Under the pieces are notes generated by a model, which saw only the letters and a list, made by a program, of their open reading frames with translations, was not told where the DNA came from and did no database searches. A DNA stretch of 62,012 bases, counting the filler, from Stramenopiles sp. TOSAG23-6 (taxonomy: Eukaryota): assembly GCA_900128565.1 (NCBI GenBank). It is 13 parts of 13 records of this genome, joined end to end, with 100 filler letters (N's around TTAATTAATTAA, not from the genome) between each part and the next. Parts side by side here need not be neighbours in the genome. Positions count along the whole stretch, not along the records: positions 57,346 to 62,012 come from LT637095.1; 12 more parts are not named here. One strand, given 5' to 3'. Positions 59,177 to 62,012 of the stretch are shown here, piece after piece; the first letter of the stretch is position 1; the number at the start of each line of letters is the position of its first letter. Both the position numbers and the translations under genes were made by a program.

Positions 59177-60016
59177 TTATAACTGATTTGGATGAACACC
59201 AATTGCAAATGCTGCGACGCTTGCTAGACTGTATGCAATAGCCGCAACAATACCACCAAATAATGTAATTTCTAATCCTGACCATAATGCGTTGGTACTA
59301 CTGAATTGTGCTTTAAATACACCAAGTAGGAATAATGCAAATGCTGTAACCGACGAAGCAATTAAAAACAACTCATGGGGTGTTAAACTAGGAAACGCAA
59401 AGGGAAAGATGCAGTACGTTATAAGAGGCAAAAATCCGAAAAAAACAAAGGAACAGAATGTAACAATTCCATCTACAAGGGGACTATCATCATCAGTGGG
59501 AATTTTCATACCAAGTTCCTCTACCATCATGATATCCACGAAAAATTCACTATGATCCGCCATTAAGTTTACGATTAGCTCAGCGTCAGCAGTTGACATT
59601 CCACGTGTCTCATAAATATGTACCATTTCCATTATTTCACCTTCACGAAAGTTTGTCAGTTCCCACTTTTCTCTTTCACGTTCCTTTAGGATATGTTCCT
59701 GTTCAGCCATGCTACTCAATGTGTCACCCAGACCCATACTCAGAGCATCGGCAAACTTGTTTGAGAACCCTAAAATGAGAATTACAAAGGTACCCATACC
59801 AGAGCCAGTAGCAGCACTCACAATCGCAAAAGTTGTTAAGATACCATCAAGACCACCATATACGATACTCTTCAAATGTTTTCCCAGAAACCTTTGGCTT
59901 TGTTTTGGGGGCACATACAAATGGGATAAACCATCAGAACGATAACTTTGGTAAGACGGAAAAGAAGAACCCGAGTTTTTAAGAGAGTCATTGTTATTTG
60001 GTGTAATAGAAGACAT
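59177..60016 (-). CDS. VIT1: VIT1/CCC1-family vacuolar iron/manganese transporter
   Basis: VYGGLDGILTTFAIVS, ADALSMGLGD, ERERE, MMVEELG. Confidence 0.92.
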   Translation of the reverse strand: MSSITPNNNDSLKNSGSSFPSYQSYRSDGLSHLYVPPKQSQRFLGKHLKSIVYGGLDGILTTFAIVSAATGSGMGTFVILILGFSNKFADALSMGLGDTLSSMAEQEHILKEREREKWELTNFREGEIMEMVHIYETRGMSTADAELIVNLMADHSEFFVDIMMVEELGMKIPTDDDSPLVDGIVTFCSFVFFGFLPLITYCIFPFAFPSLTPHELFLIASSVTAFALFLLGVFKAQFSSTNALWSGLEITLFGGIVAAIAYSLASVAAFAIGVHPNQL

Positions 60017-60438
60017 AGCGAAAAAGAACACTTAATTGATCACTTGGTAAATTTGCTTGATTGAAAGTCAATGCCTTTGCCTAGCTCTTTTTTTTTCTCT
60101 TTGGAATACAATAAGACTTAATTCCTAAGTTGTCAGGCCAGTGACCGTCGAACAAAAAAAAAAAGACAAAAATGATGTTTGTTTCATAACCCTAACCCTA
60201 GATACCACAAGAATACAGATATTTCGTGTTGCCCGAATTCCCGCGTGTGTTCAAAGTCGAGAAGTCAAGCTTGATCAAGACATTGTTGTTTGCATAAATT
60301 TGCGCCTTCAGAGACTTTGTTTTGCTCTGCTGAATTATAAGAAGAAATCGCTTTAGATTGCTTGAGGTGGAGGCACCGGGGACTAACTACAGTGGGAAAC
60401 ACCCTCTTTCATTTTATCCTCCTGCTGCGGGCTAGGTA

Positions 60439-61953
60439 ATGGATCGCTTATTAGATTTAAGCTCGGCAGTGTCAGAGGAATATGTTAGGCTTCTGGATGA
60501 AACACTTAGAGTTTTCTATCAGCCGACCAGCGCAAGCAGAGGAAAAGCACAAGAGATACTGGTACAACTTCAAAAGAATCCACAGGCATGGACGCGTGTA
60601 GCATATATTTTAACTAATTCTCAGCAATCATCGACAAAGTTTTATGCTTTACAAGTATTGAACGACACAATAAAAACACGTTGGAAGGTTCTTCCACCAA
60701 ATGAGCGACAAGGTGTGAAGGACTATCTAGTGAAGAAAATTATTGACTTGACAAAGGATGAAGAATCTTTACAGAAAGAACGCCAATTTACCCGCAAGAT
60801 GAACGAAACATTAATTGCCGTTTTAAAGAATGAATGGCCGCATAACTGGCCAACTTTTATCGAAGAATTAGTAAACTCTTCAAAAGCTTCGGAGTCACTA
60901 TGCGAGAATAATATACATATTCTTAAATTATTGAGTGAAGAGATTTTTGATTTCTCTCAGGACCAACTTACATCTAAAAAGACAAAACGGCTAAAGGACC
61001 AACTTTGTGAAGAGTTTTCGAAAATTTACCAGTTGTGTGAAGTCGTGCTACAGAGATCCCAGAGAGCCTCTTTGCTTACGGTTACTTTACAGACTTTACT
61101 ACGTTTCTTATCGTGGGTACCTCTGGGTTATGTATTTGAGACTAAACTGATCGAAACGCTTGTAGTTAAGTTTTTCCCCGAGCAAACGTTCAGAAATGAT
61201 ACTCTTGCTTGCCTCACTGAGATTGGTTCGTTGAAAGGCCTGCCTGCAGACAGATATGACGACATGTTAAGAAATTTATTTTCTTATTTTATGAAACAAT
61301 TGGAACAGTTGCTTCCACCAGACACTGATATTGCAGCTGCATATAATCGTGGTTCAGAAGAAGATAAAAATTTAGTGCAAGGTTTAGCAATGTTTATCAC
61401 GTCTTTTTTGAATGAACACATATCATTGTTAGAGAAGGGACCTTATGCTGATCCTCTTTTAAAAGCATTGGGTTGTCTTGTACAAATATCAATGGTCGAT
61501 GATACTGAAATATTTAAAATTTGTGTCGAGTACTGGAATTCCCTTTCAAAGACTGTGTACATGGATAAAATTAAATCTGCAACAGATCCAGGTGTTATTC
61601 TGCATCTAGATGGTGGAAACCCTGATTATCGATGCAGAATGTACAAAGACTTGTTTGCTAAAGTGAGACTTGTAATAATTGTTAAAATGGCAAAACCCGA
61701 GGAAGTTCTAATAGAACAAGACGAACGTGGAGAGATTGTACGTCAAGCAACACGAGATACTGATGCCATCGCTTTGTACAAAACAATGAAAGAAACTCTA
61801 GTATATCTCACGCATCTGGATCATGAAAGTACGGAACTTATTATGCTGGATAAATTGAGCAGACAAGTTGATGGTGAAGAATGGTCTTGGAATAATTTAA
61901 ATCGATTATGTTGGGCTATTGGCTCGATTTCATTAACAATGAGCGAGCAACAT
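60439..61953 (+). CDS. XPO1: Exportin-1 (CRM1), first exon of 505 codons; missing from the ORF track
   Basis: TKFYALQVL, EWPHNWPTFI, LCENN...LLSEEIFDFS, MAKPEEVL, VDGEEWSWNNLNRLCWAIGSIS. Confidence 0.95.
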
Positions 61954-62012
61954 GTTTGTTTTATTTTTTTTCAATTTCGAATTTATTTTTCGTACGAAAT
62001 TTTGTACCTAAC
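61954..62012 (+). other. 5' part of a family intron, cut by window end
   Basis: caa cat|GTTTGTTTT...cgtacgaaattttgtacctaac. Confidence 0.85.

Noticed and set aside
254-60356. Short or antisense ORFs in the track (e.g. 1228-1833, 24257-24676, 41110-41625, 58434-58853) and peptides such as VRNFVPN or YEISYLT
   Set aside because: They are shadows of real genes or translations of the intron element.
1-62012. CRISPR-like array of the palindromic repeat
   Set aside because: Copies are dispersed, degenerate and separated by exons of eukaryotic genes; no cas genes.

Overview
This is not a contiguous locus. It is 13 short contigs (4682 down to 4667 bp, sorted by decreasing length) from an AT-rich unicellular eukaryote, joined by 100-nt N44-TTAATTAATTAA-N44 spacers. 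Gene content suggests a protist, possibly a stramenopile (inference). Contigs 1-5 are identical copies, and 52578-57245 is a near-identical reverse complement of 43035-47707. Recognisable genes: PPCPW ankyrin-like repeat protein, SEL1+MYND protein, mitochondrial dicarboxylate/oxoglutarate carrier, ABCC NBD, IPT/TIG protein, bestrophin, purple acid phosphatase, DDX46/Prp5, a giant Cys-rich repeat protein, Fe-ADH-like protein, AP2 factor, NIPA-like transporter, WW protein, LRR proteins, SEL1 protein, VIT1 and exportin-1. Main result: about 30 related introns, mostly 90-135 nt, interrupt these genes, always in the sense orientation. They share a 5' GTWYRT(TTT), a palindrome GTACGAAATTTCGTAC fused to a branch-like CCTAAC, and a 3' GAAATATTTTTCA-HAA-TAY-AT. 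Restoring conserved protein motifs requires most of them to end in AT, not AG: 17 of the 22 with both ends visible read GT...AT, usually in an AT|GT...AT|G context. This looks like an introner-like family of non-canonical GT-AT introns. It is inferred from DNA alone and needs cDNA confirmation.
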